A DNA stretch of 64,000 nucleotides. Source: an uncultured delta proteobacterium (lineage in GTDB: Bacteria > Myxococcota_A > Polyangia > Polyangiales > Polyangiaceae). Positions within the stretch are counted from its first letter, which is position 1. The number at the start of each line of letters is the position of its first letter. The notes under the pieces were generated by a model. That model made no database searches and was not told the origin of the DNA. It was given only the letters and a program-made list of their open reading frames with translations. The stretch is taken from the NCBI GenBank assembly GCA_963806225.1, contig CAWDXG010000004.1, positions 3,840,001-3,904,000 of the forward strand, in the 5' to 3' direction. Both the position numbers and the translations under genes were made by a program. Of the stretch, positions 21,347-30,855 are shown in pieces.

Positions 21347-21978
21347 GGAAGCGCTCCGGGCACCCGCGCGAGGCCGGCGACCGCCACAGAGTGCTCAGAG
21401 GTCTGCAGCGGCAGCTCGAGCAGTTCTACGCTCTCGAGGATGCGCCCGACATCGTCGAATTCGTGCGGACGGGTGCGGAAGACAGCCGCGAAACCCTGCT
21501 CCTGCGCGAAGAGGACGGCGAGCTGGAGATCGCGGTCGTTCTGCCTCCCCAGAGCGACGGAGACGCCGCAGCTGCGGGAGCGAGCGACCTGTGGCTGCAG
21601 CTCGCCGAGGGCGTGAGCCATTTCGTGTACCTGGCGGAGCGCGCGCGGACGAATCTACCGGCCACGCGCCTCGAGCTGGAGCTGCAAGCAGAGGTCGACA
21701 AGTTCGTGCTGCTCGCGACCGAGGGGGGCGCCCTTCCAGCGGCGCGGCCCCGGCATTTCCACGTCCAGAACCTGCAACGCTGGCTCTACGAGCACGTTCG
21801 CTTCCTGCATCCCGAAGGCACCGAGGCCGGCGATCGGTATCGGCTGGCAAACGATCTGGCGGCTCGATTCGTGACGCGTACCTTCCTGCGGCTCGGGCCG
21901 AACGCTGCGCATCGGACACTACGGCGCTTCTATCGCTCGGGCCAGACCGGGAAGATCCATCTCGCCCGCGCGGCGTGA
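21343..21978 (+). CDS. Hypothetical protein, possibly zincin-like
   Basis: TTGA overlap with the upstream stop; EGVSHFVY, ELELQAEVDKF, RYRLAN, LRRFYR. Confidence 0.65.
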   Translation: MRKRSGHPREAGDRHRVLRGLQRQLEQFYALEDAPDIVEFVRTGAEDSRETLLLREEDGELEIAVVLPPQSDGDAAAAGASDLWLQLAEGVSHFVYLAERARTNLPATRLELELQAEVDKFVLLATEGGALPAARPRHFHVQNLQRWLYEHVRFLHPEGTEAGDRYRLANDLAARFVTRTFLRLGPNAAHRTLRRFYRSGQTGKIHLARAA

Positions 21979-22079
21979 CGCGATGCACAAGCGCGTCATG
22001 CGGGAATCACCTTCCTAGCGGTGGGGCCCTCGGCTATCCTGAAAGTCCGTTTCTTGAGACGGCTCCCAGGAGGGTCCAG

Positions 22080-23966
22080 ATGACAACGAAGCATTGGAAG
22101 GCTCTGGTCGCGCTCGCCGCCGGCGCAGTAATCGCTGGTTCGGCGATCGCTGGCTGCGGTGGGAGCGGCAACGCGAATATCGGCAGCAGCGGCGGCGCCG
22201 CGGGCGCCGACGGCGGAGGAACCGGGGGAGGCGGTGGCAGCGGCAACACCGGCAACAGCGGCGGAACCGGTGGCAACACCGGCGGAACCGCGGGCACGTC
22301 GGATGCCGGGCCCTGCTCGGGCACCGAGCAGCAGTGCAGCGGCAGCTGCGTGGACACGCAGGCCGACAACAACAACTGCGGAAGCTGCGGCAATGTCTGC
22401 GGCGGCGGCTCTTCGTGCCAGGCCGGCAAGTGCACGTGCGCGCAAGGGGACCTTTGCAGCGGCGCTTGCGTCGATACGCAGACGGACAACGGCAATTGCG
22501 GCAGCTGCGGCAACGCCTGCAGCGGCGGGAAGACCTGCTCGGCCGGCAAGTGCGCCTGCGGTTCCAACGAGACGGACTGCAGCGGCACCTGCGTGAACAC
22601 CGACACGGACTTCAACAACTGCGGCGGCTGCGCCAAGCCGTGCTCCACCGGCCAGGTCTGTTCGGGAGGCGTCTGCGGCAACACCTGCTCGGGCAACACG
22701 ACGAACTGCGGTGGTTCCTGCGTGGACACGACCAAGGACAAGAGTCACTGCGGCGACTGCGCCACCGCTTGCTCGGCCACGAAGGAGACCTGCGTCTCCA
22801 GCAAGTGCACCTGCCCGAACAACGGCACGGTCTGTGGCGGCGCCTGTGTCGACACGCAGACGAACAGCAGTCATTGCGGCGACTGCGCAACGGTCTGCTC
22901 GGGCGGTGCGACCTGCAAGGCCGGCAAGTGCGCCAAGGCCGCCCAGTGCGGTGACGGGATCGTCGACACCGGCGAGGAGTGCGACGACGGCAATACCTCG
23001 AGCCTCGACGGCTGCGACAAGAGCTGCAAGTACGAGGTGTTCACGCGCATGGACAAGGTGACGATCCAGCGCGGCACGGCACCGTCGTACTGCGCCCACA
23101 CGAAGAACGCGATGGGCAACGCGCTCACCACGACTGGCGCGAGCAACATGAACAAGTCGCTGCAGAGCGACATCGACGCCGGCACGACGAACATCATCGT
23201 CCAGGCGCTCGGTCTGGATGATCTCACCGGCGTGAGCGACTCGGCCCTCCAGCTCGGTGCCACGAATGGCAAGCCGGATCCGGCCAAGGGAACGTTCAAT
23301 GGGAGCCAGATCGACTGGTGGTACCAACTCAATTCGACCACGCTCGACTTGAACGGCGTCCCGACGAGCCTCATCAGCCCGGCGGCCATCGCCAACCGCG
23401 CGCTCACGGCGGGCCCGTCGAACATCCAGCTGCTCTTGAGCCTCGGCGGTTCCAACGCAGTGCTCGAGATGCTGCACTCACGCATCCACGCCAGCATGGG
23501 GTCGACCACGAGCCAGCCCAAGCCGCCGCCGGACGCCAATCAGCTCCAGACCGGCCTGAAGGTATTCGAGACAATCGACGCCACGAACGGCGGTCAGGGG
23601 CTGTGCGGCGACACGACGGTCGAGTCGCTGGCGCAGATCCCGGCGCCCCAGAGCCTGTCCAAGGGCGGGTCCACGGCCTGCGGAAAGTGCAAGGGGAGCC
23701 ACACCTACACCTATTGCGGGGTGGGCAAACCGGTGAGCGCCAGCTGCAACTCGCTGCTCGACGTGTTCGTCGGCGGTTGCAAGGTTGTCGCGTGTCTCGT
23801 AGGCGCGGTGAGCCCCACGCAACCCGACGTGGCGGGCAACGGGTCCGGAAGCCTGACGCTGGACTCGAACAACAAGGTCCAGCAGACCACCAAGGGCAAC
23901 ACCAACGCGTACTCGTCGTGGATGCAGTTCCACGCCCAGCGCGTGCACGTGACCGGCACGTACTGA
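22080..23966 (+). CDS. Large Cys-rich surface lipoprotein with a myxococcal Cys-rich (DUF4215-like) repeat
   Basis: GGAGGG RBS, lipobox IAGC, Gly-rich linker, five CVDTxTDxxxCGxC units, then CGDGIVDTGEECDDGN..DGC. Confidence 0.85.
   Translation: MTTKHWKALVALAAGAVIAGSAIAGCGGSGNANIGSSGGAAGADGGGTGGGGGSGNTGNSGGTGGNTGGTAGTSDAGPCSGTEQQCSGSCVDTQADNNNCGSCGNVCGGGSSCQAGKCTCAQGDLCSGACVDTQTDNGNCGSCGNACSGGKTCSAGKCACGSNETDCSGTCVNTDTDFNNCGGCAKPCSTGQVCSGGVCGNTCSGNTTNCGGSCVDTTKDKSHCGDCATACSATKETCVSSKCTCPNNGTVCGGACVDTQTNSSHCGDCATVCSGGATCKAGKCAKAAQCGDGIVDTGEECDDGNTSSLDGCDKSCKYEVFTRMDKVTIQRGTAPSYCAHTKNAMGNALTTTGASNMNKSLQSDIDAGTTNIIVQALGLDDLTGVSDSALQLGATNGKPDPAKGTFNGSQIDWWYQLNSTTLDLNGVPTSLISPAAIANRALTAGPSNIQLLLSLGGSNAVLEMLHSRIHASMGSTTSQPKPPPDANQLQTGLKVFETIDATNGGQGLCGDTTVESLAQIPAPQSLSKGGSTACGKCKGSHTYTYCGVGKPVSASCNSLLDVFVGGCKVVACLVGAVSPTQPDVAGNGSGSLTLDSNNKVQQTTKGNTNAYSSWMQFHAQRVHVTGTY
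22344..22935 (+). repeat. Five imperfect intragenic Cys-rich repeats
   Basis: Recurring tgcgt(g/c)gacacg..tgcggc..tgc units encoding CVDT..CG.C...C. Confidence 0.75.
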
Positions 23967-23983
23967 TCGGTCGCACCGGCATC

Positions 23984-24024
23984 GGGCCGCGTCACCGCGA
24001 GGTGGCGCGGCCCTTCGCTTTTTT
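23984..24024 (+). terminator. Rho-independent terminator
   Basis: GGGCCGCGTCACC-GCGA-GGTGGCGCGGCCC followed by TTCGCTTTTTT, between convergent genes. Confidence 0.85.
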
Positions 24025-24045
24025 CCAGCGTGCGTTCGCCGGGGC

Positions 24046-25215
24046 CTATAGCCCCATCAACTTCGCCAGGTAGTAGGTCATCGTCTCGCTGGTGCCGCCG
24101 CCGATACGGAGCAGGCGCGCGTCGCGCCAGGCGCGGGCGATCATGTACTCCTCCACGTAGCCCCAGCCGCCGTGGAACTGCAGGCACTGATCCATGACCT
24201 CGGCCACCAGATCGCCAGCGACGATCTTCGCCATGCTGATCAGCTTGACCGTGTCGAACGAGACGTTCGTCTTCTCGACGTAGCGCTCGTGGTTGTAGTG
24301 ATCGACGGCGCGGTCGTTGAGCGCTTCGGCCATCTCGATCTTCGTGTACATGTCGACGAAGCGGTGCTGCCAGACCTCGCGCTTGATGATCGGCTTGCCG
24401 AACACCACGCGCTCCTCGCCGTATTTCCTCGAGTACTCCACGGCCAGACGCGCGCCCGCGATACCGCTCACCGCGCCGATCAGCCGCTCCGACTGGAAGT
24501 TCTGCATGAGGTACATGAACCCCATGTTCTCTTCGCCCAGCAGGTAGCGCTTGGGGATGCGCACGTCCTCGAGGAACAGCTCCGCGGTGTCGGAGGCGTG
24601 GTTGCCGATTTTCTCCAGCTTGCGCCCGACGCGGAAACCCTTGGTGTCGGTCGGCACGAGGAAGAAGCTGCAGCCGTGCGCGCCGCCGTCGGGATTCGTC
24701 TTGACCAGCATGGTGATGAAGCTGGCGCGGGTGCCGTTGGTGATGAACGTCTTCTGACCGTTGATGACGTAGTCGTCGCCGTCCTTCCGCGCCACGGTTC
24801 GGATGCCGGACACGTCGCTGCCGGCCCCCGGCTCGGAGACGCCGATGGAGGCGATGCGATCGCCGGCCAGCGCGGGCTTGAGGAACTCGTCGACCTGTTC
24901 CGGCGTGCCGAGGTCGGCGATGACCGGCGTGGCCATGTCGCTCTGCACGAGCAGCGCCATGGTGATGCCAGCGCTGCGCCCGCGCGGCAGCTCCTGCGCC
25001 TTGACGACGCTGAACCAGTAGTCGCCGCCAGAACCGCCCTTGTCCTCCGCGTAGTGCGCTCCCAGGATCCCGAGGTCACCCGCCTTCTTGAACAGCTCGT
25101 TCGGGAAGTCTTTCGCCTTCTCCCATTCGTCGGCGAACGGCTCGATCTCCTTCTCGACGAACTGTCGGACGGTCTTTCTGAACTGCTCGTGCTCCTCGGT
25201 ATAGGGGTTCCACAT
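24046..25215 (-). CDS. Acyl-CoA dehydrogenase
   Basis: VSEPGAGSD, INGQKTFITNG, DTAELF, QFHGGWGY, RIGGGTSE; probable start MWNPY at 25215. Confidence 0.95.
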   Translation of the reverse strand: MWNPYTEEHEQFRKTVRQFVEKEIEPFADEWEKAKDFPNELFKKAGDLGILGAHYAEDKGGSGGDYWFSVVKAQELPRGRSAGITMALLVQSDMATPVIADLGTPEQVDEFLKPALAGDRIASIGVSEPGAGSDVSGIRTVARKDGDDYVINGQKTFITNGTRASFITMLVKTNPDGGAHGCSFFLVPTDTKGFRVGRKLEKIGNHASDTAELFLEDVRIPKRYLLGEENMGFMYLMQNFQSERLIGAVSGIAGARLAVEYSRKYGEERVVFGKPIIKREVWQHRFVDMYTKIEMAEALNDRAVDHYNHERYVEKTNVSFDTVKLISMAKIVAGDLVAEVMDQCLQFHGGWGYVEEYMIARAWRDARLLRIGGGTSETMTYYLAKLMGL

Positions 25216-25388
25216 GACGGGACCTCGCTTGCCGCCTGTCCGCGGCCTGTCGGGTTCAGGGTCGGGTCGCGCCCGGGCGCGATCAGGCCGGAAAGTGTTT
25301 CGGCCGGAAATGATTCGTACACGAAACTTCTCCCGGCGCAAACACGCGACTCGCCCAACCCAGCGAGAAGCGCTATCCTCGGAGCGCT

Positions 25389-25865
25389 GTGGGTATCTAT
25401 CCGAAGTTATTGATTTTTATTGGCGGGCTCGGACTGGCTGGCAGCGCCCTCGGCTGCGTAGGGGGTCCCAAGGAGGCCGCCGATCCACGCCAGATCCTCG
25501 GCGAGGACATGAGCCAGGGCGGAGTGGAAAGCAGCGGGGCCGCCTCGCCGAAACCGGATCCCCGGACCCCGCCGAATGCCCAGCACAAGCCGGTCCCAGA
25601 GGTCGCCGCCACCCAGAAGGAGTGCGAGCAGGCGACCCGGCATGTCGAGGAGCTGGGTATCGACCTGGCGATCAACGCCGAGACCGACCCCGCCAAGAAG
25701 AAGCAGATGGCCGACAGCAAAGCCGACACGCTCTCGAGCCCGGAGATGCAACAGCAGATCAAGCGCGGCACCGAGCAGTGCGTCCAGCGCGGCACCACCC
25801 GCCGCGAAGCGAGCTGCATCGCGCACATCCAGACCGAACAGGATATCGATCACTGCGTGCGCTGA
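25389..25865 (+). CDS. Putative lipoprotein with helical Cys-containing domain
   Basis: Lipobox ALGC; C-terminal C..C..C pattern. Confidence 0.65.
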   Translation: MGIYPKLLIFIGGLGLAGSALGCVGGPKEAADPRQILGEDMSQGGVESSGAASPKPDPRTPPNAQHKPVPEVAATQKECEQATRHVEELGIDLAINAETDPAKKKQMADSKADTLSSPEMQQQIKRGTEQCVQRGTTRREASCIAHIQTEQDIDHCVR

Positions 25866-25877
25866 CGCGCGCCGGAC

Positions 25878-27041
25878 TCAGCCGAGCTCGTCGATCGCGT
25901 CAACGAAGCGCCGGAGCTCCTCGTCGGTCGTGTAGTAGTGCGGGCTGACGCGCAGGCCGCACCGCGGGCGGAAGTCGTGCAGCATGCCGCGCTCGAGCAG
26001 TGCCTGGCTGAGCGCCTGGGCGCCATCGCGGTCGAAGCAGAGCGTGCCGCCGCGCTCGGCGTCTGCGCGCGGCGTGTTCACCACGAAGCCCCGCTTCTCC
26101 ACCTCGTCGCGAAGTAGCGCGGTCTGCCTCAGCGACTTTTCCCGGATCGCTTCCACGCCGGCTTCCGCGAGCAGCTCCCAGCCCGCGCGGGCGGCGTACA
26201 ACGCGGGAATCGTCGGCGTGCCGTTCATGAACCGCCAGCGCCCTTCGGCGGGCTCGAGCGGGCCCGCCTCGAAACCGAAAGGACGCGCGTGCGCGAACCA
26301 GCCGGTCTGCGCGGGCCGCAACCGGCCGTACAGATCCGGATCCACGTACAGATAGGCAGTGCCTGGGCCGCCGCAGGCCCACTTGATCGATCCGCCGACG
26401 CAGAAGTCCACGCAGAAGTCCGCAACGGACAGCGGCACCGTCCCTGCCGACTGGTAGGTGTCGAGCAGCACCAGCGCGCCGACTGCGTGCGCGCGCTCCA
26501 CGATGGCGCGCACGTCCTGCATTCCGCTCGATCGGAACAGGACGTGGCTTACCGGCACGATCAGCGTGCGCTCGTCGATCGCCTCGAGCAGCCTCGCTGT
26601 GGGCGCGCGGACTCCATCATCGGCCTCGACCACGACGACTTCAGCGCCACGCCGGCGTTGCTCCTGCCAGACGTAGTCCACGCTGGAGAAATTCAGGTCG
26701 GTGTAGACGACGCGGTTTCTGGGCCCGGCGAAGTCGAAACACGAGGCGACCAGGCTCTCGAGCGTCGACACGTTGGGCCCCAGCACGACCGTGCCGGGCG
26801 CAGCGCCGAGCACGCGTGCGATCAGATCCGCCAGCTCGTCGATGAACGGCAGCCAGTGCGCCGTCCACGCGCCAACCGACTCCGCTTCCCATTCGTCCAG
26901 ATAGCGCGACAGGTAATCCCGCGCCCGCCGCGGGACCGCACCCAGCGAGTGGCTGACCAGATGGGTGCTGTGTTCGAGCGTCGGAAATTCGCTTCTCAGA
27001 GCGAGCAGACGCGCCTCGTCGCCTTCGGACACGCCGAACAC
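25878..27041 (-). CDS. Kynureninase-like PLP enzyme (aminotransferase class V)
   Basis: SHSLGA, LDTYQSAG, GGSIKWACGGPG, GWFAH..PF, LRVSPHYY. Confidence 0.85.
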   Translation of the reverse strand: MFGVSEGDEARLLALRSEFPTLEHSTHLVSHSLGAVPRRARDYLSRYLDEWEAESVGAWTAHWLPFIDELADLIARVLGAAPGTVVLGPNVSTLESLVASCFDFAGPRNRVVYTDLNFSSVDYVWQEQRRRGAEVVVVEADDGVRAPTARLLEAIDERTLIVPVSHVLFRSSGMQDVRAIVERAHAVGALVLLDTYQSAGTVPLSVADFCVDFCVGGSIKWACGGPGTAYLYVDPDLYGRLRPAQTGWFAHARPFGFEAGPLEPAEGRWRFMNGTPTIPALYAARAGWELLAEAGVEAIREKSLRQTALLRDEVEKRGFVVNTPRADAERGGTLCFDRDGAQALSQALLERGMLHDFRPRCGLRVSPHYYTTDEELRRFVDAIDELG

Positions 27042-27069
27042 GCTATCCGAGCGGAGCCACTCGCGTCAC

Positions 27070-28453
27070 TCAGATCCGGCAGCGGGCGAGGATCTCGAGG
27101 CGGAGATCCCGGTCGTCGTTGGTGAGCCCCTCGGTCAACACGTCGGCGGGACAACGTCCGGCGCCCACGAGACGCGCGAGGCGCTCGAGGTGCACGGCCT
27201 CGGTGTGGCCGCGTGGGCTCAGCTCCGCGCGTCGCTCCAGGCCGTCGATCGCGATTTCGAGCACCTTCTCGGCCAGCTCGCGCGCTGGACGCCCCGCAAA
27301 CCGGGCGTCCAGCCCGTCGCGCACCAGGCCGGGCCGCTCGGCCATCACGGCGTCGTAGTCGAGCGTCCGCGACAGCTCCTCGGCCTCCGACAGCGCGCGC
27401 TGGTCGTAGAGCAGGCCGGTGAACAGCGCCGGAACGGAGCAGGCGAGGTTCGTCGGGAGCGAGTCGCAGCAGCGGACCTCGATGGTGCTCTTCAGCCGCG
27501 CCTCGGGAAACAGCGTGTTCAGGTGCAGCTGCCAGTCGGCCAGCGTGGCGCGGTGACCCTTGAAACCGTTCTGCCAGAAGCTGCGGAAGCTCTGCCCGGT
27601 GTTCGCGATGTACTGGTCGCCGCGCTTGAACAGGAACATGCCCGCGTCGAGCGCCCATTGGACGTAGTCGCGGTAGCCCACCCGCTCCCTGTTCCACAGC
27701 GAGGGGATGAGGCCGGAGCGATCGCGGATCCATGCGTAGCCATACGTCGCCGCGCACGCTCTTCATTCCGGCAAGCCGGCCTTCCACGAACGGGGAGTTC
27801 GCCGTCATGGCGTGGATGATCGGCGACAGCTTGAGCGAAACCGTGAGCTTCCTGAAAGCGTCCTCTTCGCTGTCGTAGTCGTAGTTCGCCTGCACGGTAG
27901 CCGTGCGCCGCATCATGTCGAGCGCGCCCGAGCCCCGCGTCGGCAGGTACTCCCGCATGATCGCGTAGCGCTTCTTTGGAACCCAGGGCAGCGCCGCCTG
28001 CTGAGCCAGCGGGTGGAACCCCACGCCCAGCCACGCGAGGTTCATTTCGCTGGAGATCTCCCGGAGCTCGTCGAGGTGCCCATGCATCTCGGCGCAGATC
28101 TTGTGGACGTTGCCCAGCGGCGCGCCGCTCAGCTCCAGCTGGGCCCCGGGCTCCAGCGTGATCGAAGCCCGCTGGCGGCCGAGCGCGATGACGGGGCCCC
28201 CGGGCGTCTCGCGCCCGGGCTCCCAGCCGTGCCGCTCGATGAGCGATTCGAAGACACGGGTCACCCCGCGGGCACCCTCGTAGGAGATGGGTTCGCCGGT
28301 GGTCGCATCCACGCCGAACTTCTCGGCTTCGCCACCTACGCGCCAGGCCTCGCGTGGCTTCTCGTAGCTATGGAACAACGCGACAAGGTCGTCTTCGCTG
28401 GAGATGGGAACGTCGCCGGACGACCCGGGCGCAGAGGCAGCAATGCTCGTCAT
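27070..28453 (-). CDS. gshA: Glutamate-cysteine ligase (plant/alphaproteobacterial type); frameshift near 27720
   Basis: GGEAEKF, TLEPGAQLELSG, WVPKKRYAIM, MMRRTATVQAN.D, ANSPF; second frame HLNTLFPEARLK..IEVR. Confidence 0.9.
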
Positions 28454-28513
28454 CGAGGAGGATTTCTCGCGGAAATGCGGGAGAGCGCGCGTGTTTCGAC
28501 CGGCCGGCGCCTG

Positions 28514-29413
28514 TCAGGCAGAGCGGGGAGCCGGAATGGAAGGATGGAGAGAGCCGAGCGCCTGCGCAAGTGTCGCCGTGTGCGCTTCGGTGGTTCCGGC
28601 TCCTCCACCGATGATGCGCGCACCTCGCGCGTCAAGCTCCAGAGCGCGCTGGGCCCAGTGCCCCGCATCGGAGGCGTCCGGAAATCCGCGCACGCTGCCG
28701 GGTCCCCCGGCCAGCAGCACGCCGGGCGCGCTATTGCCGGAGACGGCCGCAAGATGGCGGAGCTGTTCGAGGCCGTTGTCGACGGAGGGGACCTCGAGCA
28801 GGACCGCTTCGGCCCCCGCCTGCTCGAGCGACTCCACGAGCGAGCCCAGGTCGCCTCCCGTCACCAGCTCGCCCCCGGGAAGACACTCCACCACCGCCCA
28901 GGTGGGGAGCTCCGTTTCAGCGGCAGCGATCACCGCGGCCATGAGGTCGAGCCGCGAGCCCTGGCCCCGCGCGATGATCAGCTCGACGCCCGCGGCGGCG
29001 ATGCGCTGCGCATGCTCGGCAAGCTCCTCGCGCTGGCGGTCGGCGGCAATCGAGCTGACCATGTCCGAACCCAGTACGCCCGCCACAGCGATGGGTTTCG
29101 AATTGGCCGATGCCGCTTCCAACGCCAGCTCGACAGCCAGGCCCGTGAGCGCGGCAGAGCGGTGCTCCATGCCGACCTCGGCGAGTGCACGGGGGGTAGT
29201 ATCGGCGGTCAGCGCGCTCAGCACGTCCACCCTGCTCTGCGCCTCGGCACGGTAGTGCGCCAGGACGTCAGCCGGGCGCTGCCTGAGCAGAAGCCCCACC
29301 GAGCCGGGGGTATCCAGCGCGACCCCGCGCGCGCGGAATGCCGCACAGGTGTCGGCGTCCACCACCAGGGGACGACCTTGGCGGAGGCGATGGCGGATGG
29401 CGTCGAAACTCAC
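28514..29413 (-). CDS. Homocysteine S-methyltransferase-fold protein lacking Zn-binding cysteines
   Basis: Fold cues PLVVDA, HYRAE, VAGVLG, AGVELI, ARIIGGGAGTT; probable GTG start at 29413. Confidence 0.7.
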   Translation of the reverse strand: MSFDAIRHRLRQGRPLVVDADTCAAFRARGVALDTPGSVGLLLRQRPADVLAHYRAEAQSRVDVLSALTADTTPRALAEVGMEHRSAALTGLAVELALEAASANSKPIAVAGVLGSDMVSSIAADRQREELAEHAQRIAAAGVELIIARGQGSRLDLMAAVIAAAETELPTWAVVECLPGGELVTGGDLGSLVESLEQAGAEAVLLEVPSVDNGLEQLRHLAAVSGNSAPGVLLAGGPGSVRGFPDASDAGHWAQRALELDARGARIIGGGAGTTEAHTATLAQALGSLHPSIPAPRSA

Positions 29414-29546
29414 AGCGTCGTTGCGGGGCAGCCCCCTCCCGGCCAAGCCGGAAGTTGGAGGGTCCCATAGCGTATCCGCATTTTTCGCCGCCTGGCCACC
29501 GACAACACCCAGCCCGGGCGCCGCGATCGGCGGAAATCCGCTCTGC

Positions 29547-30707
29547 CTACTGCGGAATGACCTTGGTGTCGCAGCCGAACTTGACCTGGACCTCGCCCTT
29601 CTTGGAGGCCTTGATCTCGGAGCAGCTCGCGGGACAGGCGATGACGGTGGTGGGCTTGTTGTCGTCGTCGTAGTACCAGCCGCCCTTCGGACCGCATTCC
29701 GCCTGCGACTTGACCTTGTAGAGCGTGTGCTGGGTCCCGCTGTCGTCGGTGAAGACGACATTGACCTTGCCCGGGTTGAAGGTCTGCCCTTGCGGCACCG
29801 GCGGAATCGCCCAATTGCAGGTGAGCGCCGTGCCGATCACGCCCTTGGCGAGCGCGTCGAACACCGGCTTGAAGTTCTGCAGGCACAGGTCGCCGGAGAC
29901 TCCGCCGGTCTGCGTGACCAGGTCCTTGTAGACGGTGCCGACCGTCGCCGCGCTGGGGCACTGCGAGTAGCAGAAGATGCCGTCGAACTTCCACAGGTTC
30001 GACTTGATCACGTTCGGGTCGAGTGCATTGAGCTTCTGCGTGAACTCGGCGGCGGGCATCGCCGAATTGTCGTCCGTGACGCTGACGAAGATCTTCGCCG
30101 AGTTCGGCCTGAGCTGCGCCTTCCACTGGGGATAGGTCGAGAGGATGAGCGACAGCGAGTCGGTGCTGCCCACGGTCTGGAAGATGTGGGCGAAGCGCGG
30201 CAGGTTCGTGTCGCCGGGGCACTGCCCGGAGCCGAGCGGCGCGTCGATACAGATGCCCTGGACGGGAAGCCCCGGGAAGAGCTGCTGGTACTGCTCGGCA
30301 ATCAGCACGATGTGGATGTCGACGCCCGCGTTCGCGATCTGGTTCGAGAACGCGTTCATGTTCTGGCGCACCTGCGCGGTCTCTTCCGTCATGCTGCACG
30401 AGGTGTCGATGGTCCAGATGACGTCGGCCGGCAGCACGGTGTTCTGCGCCTTCTGCGTGACACCGGCGCACGCTCCGCCGCTGCCACCGGAGCCCGTACC
30501 CGCTCCGGTCCCGCCGGTGCCGGGGTTGATGGCTCCGGTCCCGCCGGTGCCCGGATTGATGGCGCCGGTGCCGCCGCTGCCGCTTCCGCCCGCGCCCGTA
30601 CCGCCATTGGCTCCGACGTGACTACCCGTGGAGGTGGCCGAGCAGGAGAGCGCGAGCGCGCACGCCGAGAGCGCCGTGAAGAAGAGAGCTGAAGCACGCA
30701 TGAACAC
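29547..30707 (-). CDS. vWA-domain surface lipoprotein
   Basis: Lipobox ALSC, Gly/Thr linker, MIDAS-like DTSCSM, VSVTDD, C-terminal Cys module (VNV..GWYY..CP.SC..FGC). Confidence 0.8.
   Translation of the reverse strand: MFMRASALFFTALSACALALSCSATSTGSHVGANGGTGAGGSGSGGTGAINPGTGGTGAINPGTGGTGAGTGSGGSGGACAGVTQKAQNTVLPADVIWTIDTSCSMTEETAQVRQNMNAFSNQIANAGVDIHIVLIAEQYQQLFPGLPVQGICIDAPLGSGQCPGDTNLPRFAHIFQTVGSTDSLSLILSTYPQWKAQLRPNSAKIFVSVTDDNSAMPAAEFTQKLNALDPNVIKSNLWKFDGIFCYSQCPSAATVGTVYKDLVTQTGGVSGDLCLQNFKPVFDALAKGVIGTALTCNWAIPPVPQGQTFNPGKVNVVFTDDSGTQHTLYKVKSQAECGPKGGWYYDDDNKPTTVIACPASCSEIKASKKGEVQVKFGCDTKVIPQ
30505..30575 (-). repeat. 30-bp tandem repeat encoding GGTGAINPGT
   Basis: Two near-identical copies of ccggtcccgccggtgcc..gttgatgg in the linker. 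Confidence 0.7.
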
Positions 30708-30855
30708 CTCGTCGCCCGAGCCGGGACGGGATCCAGACTATGCGGCGATCACCTTCCGCGCAACGCGCGGCAATTTCGCAGCGCGTCGAAGCCAGCGCCG
30801 CGGCGTCTTCGGTAGGGGAGCTCGATTTCACCCAGAAGCTGCGTTCCTGCGTTCC

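Noticed and set aside
27070..28453. gshA, pyk, tolB and moxR as true pseudogenes or programmed frameshifts
   Set aside because: Indels are scattered over many unrelated genes without shared slippery motifs; sequencing error is the simpler explanation.
25878..29413. Ergothioneine (egtA/egtE-like) cluster from a glutamate-cysteine ligase plus a PLP enzyme
   Set aside because: No egtB, egtC or egtD is in the window, and the PLP enzyme has kynureninase-type motifs.
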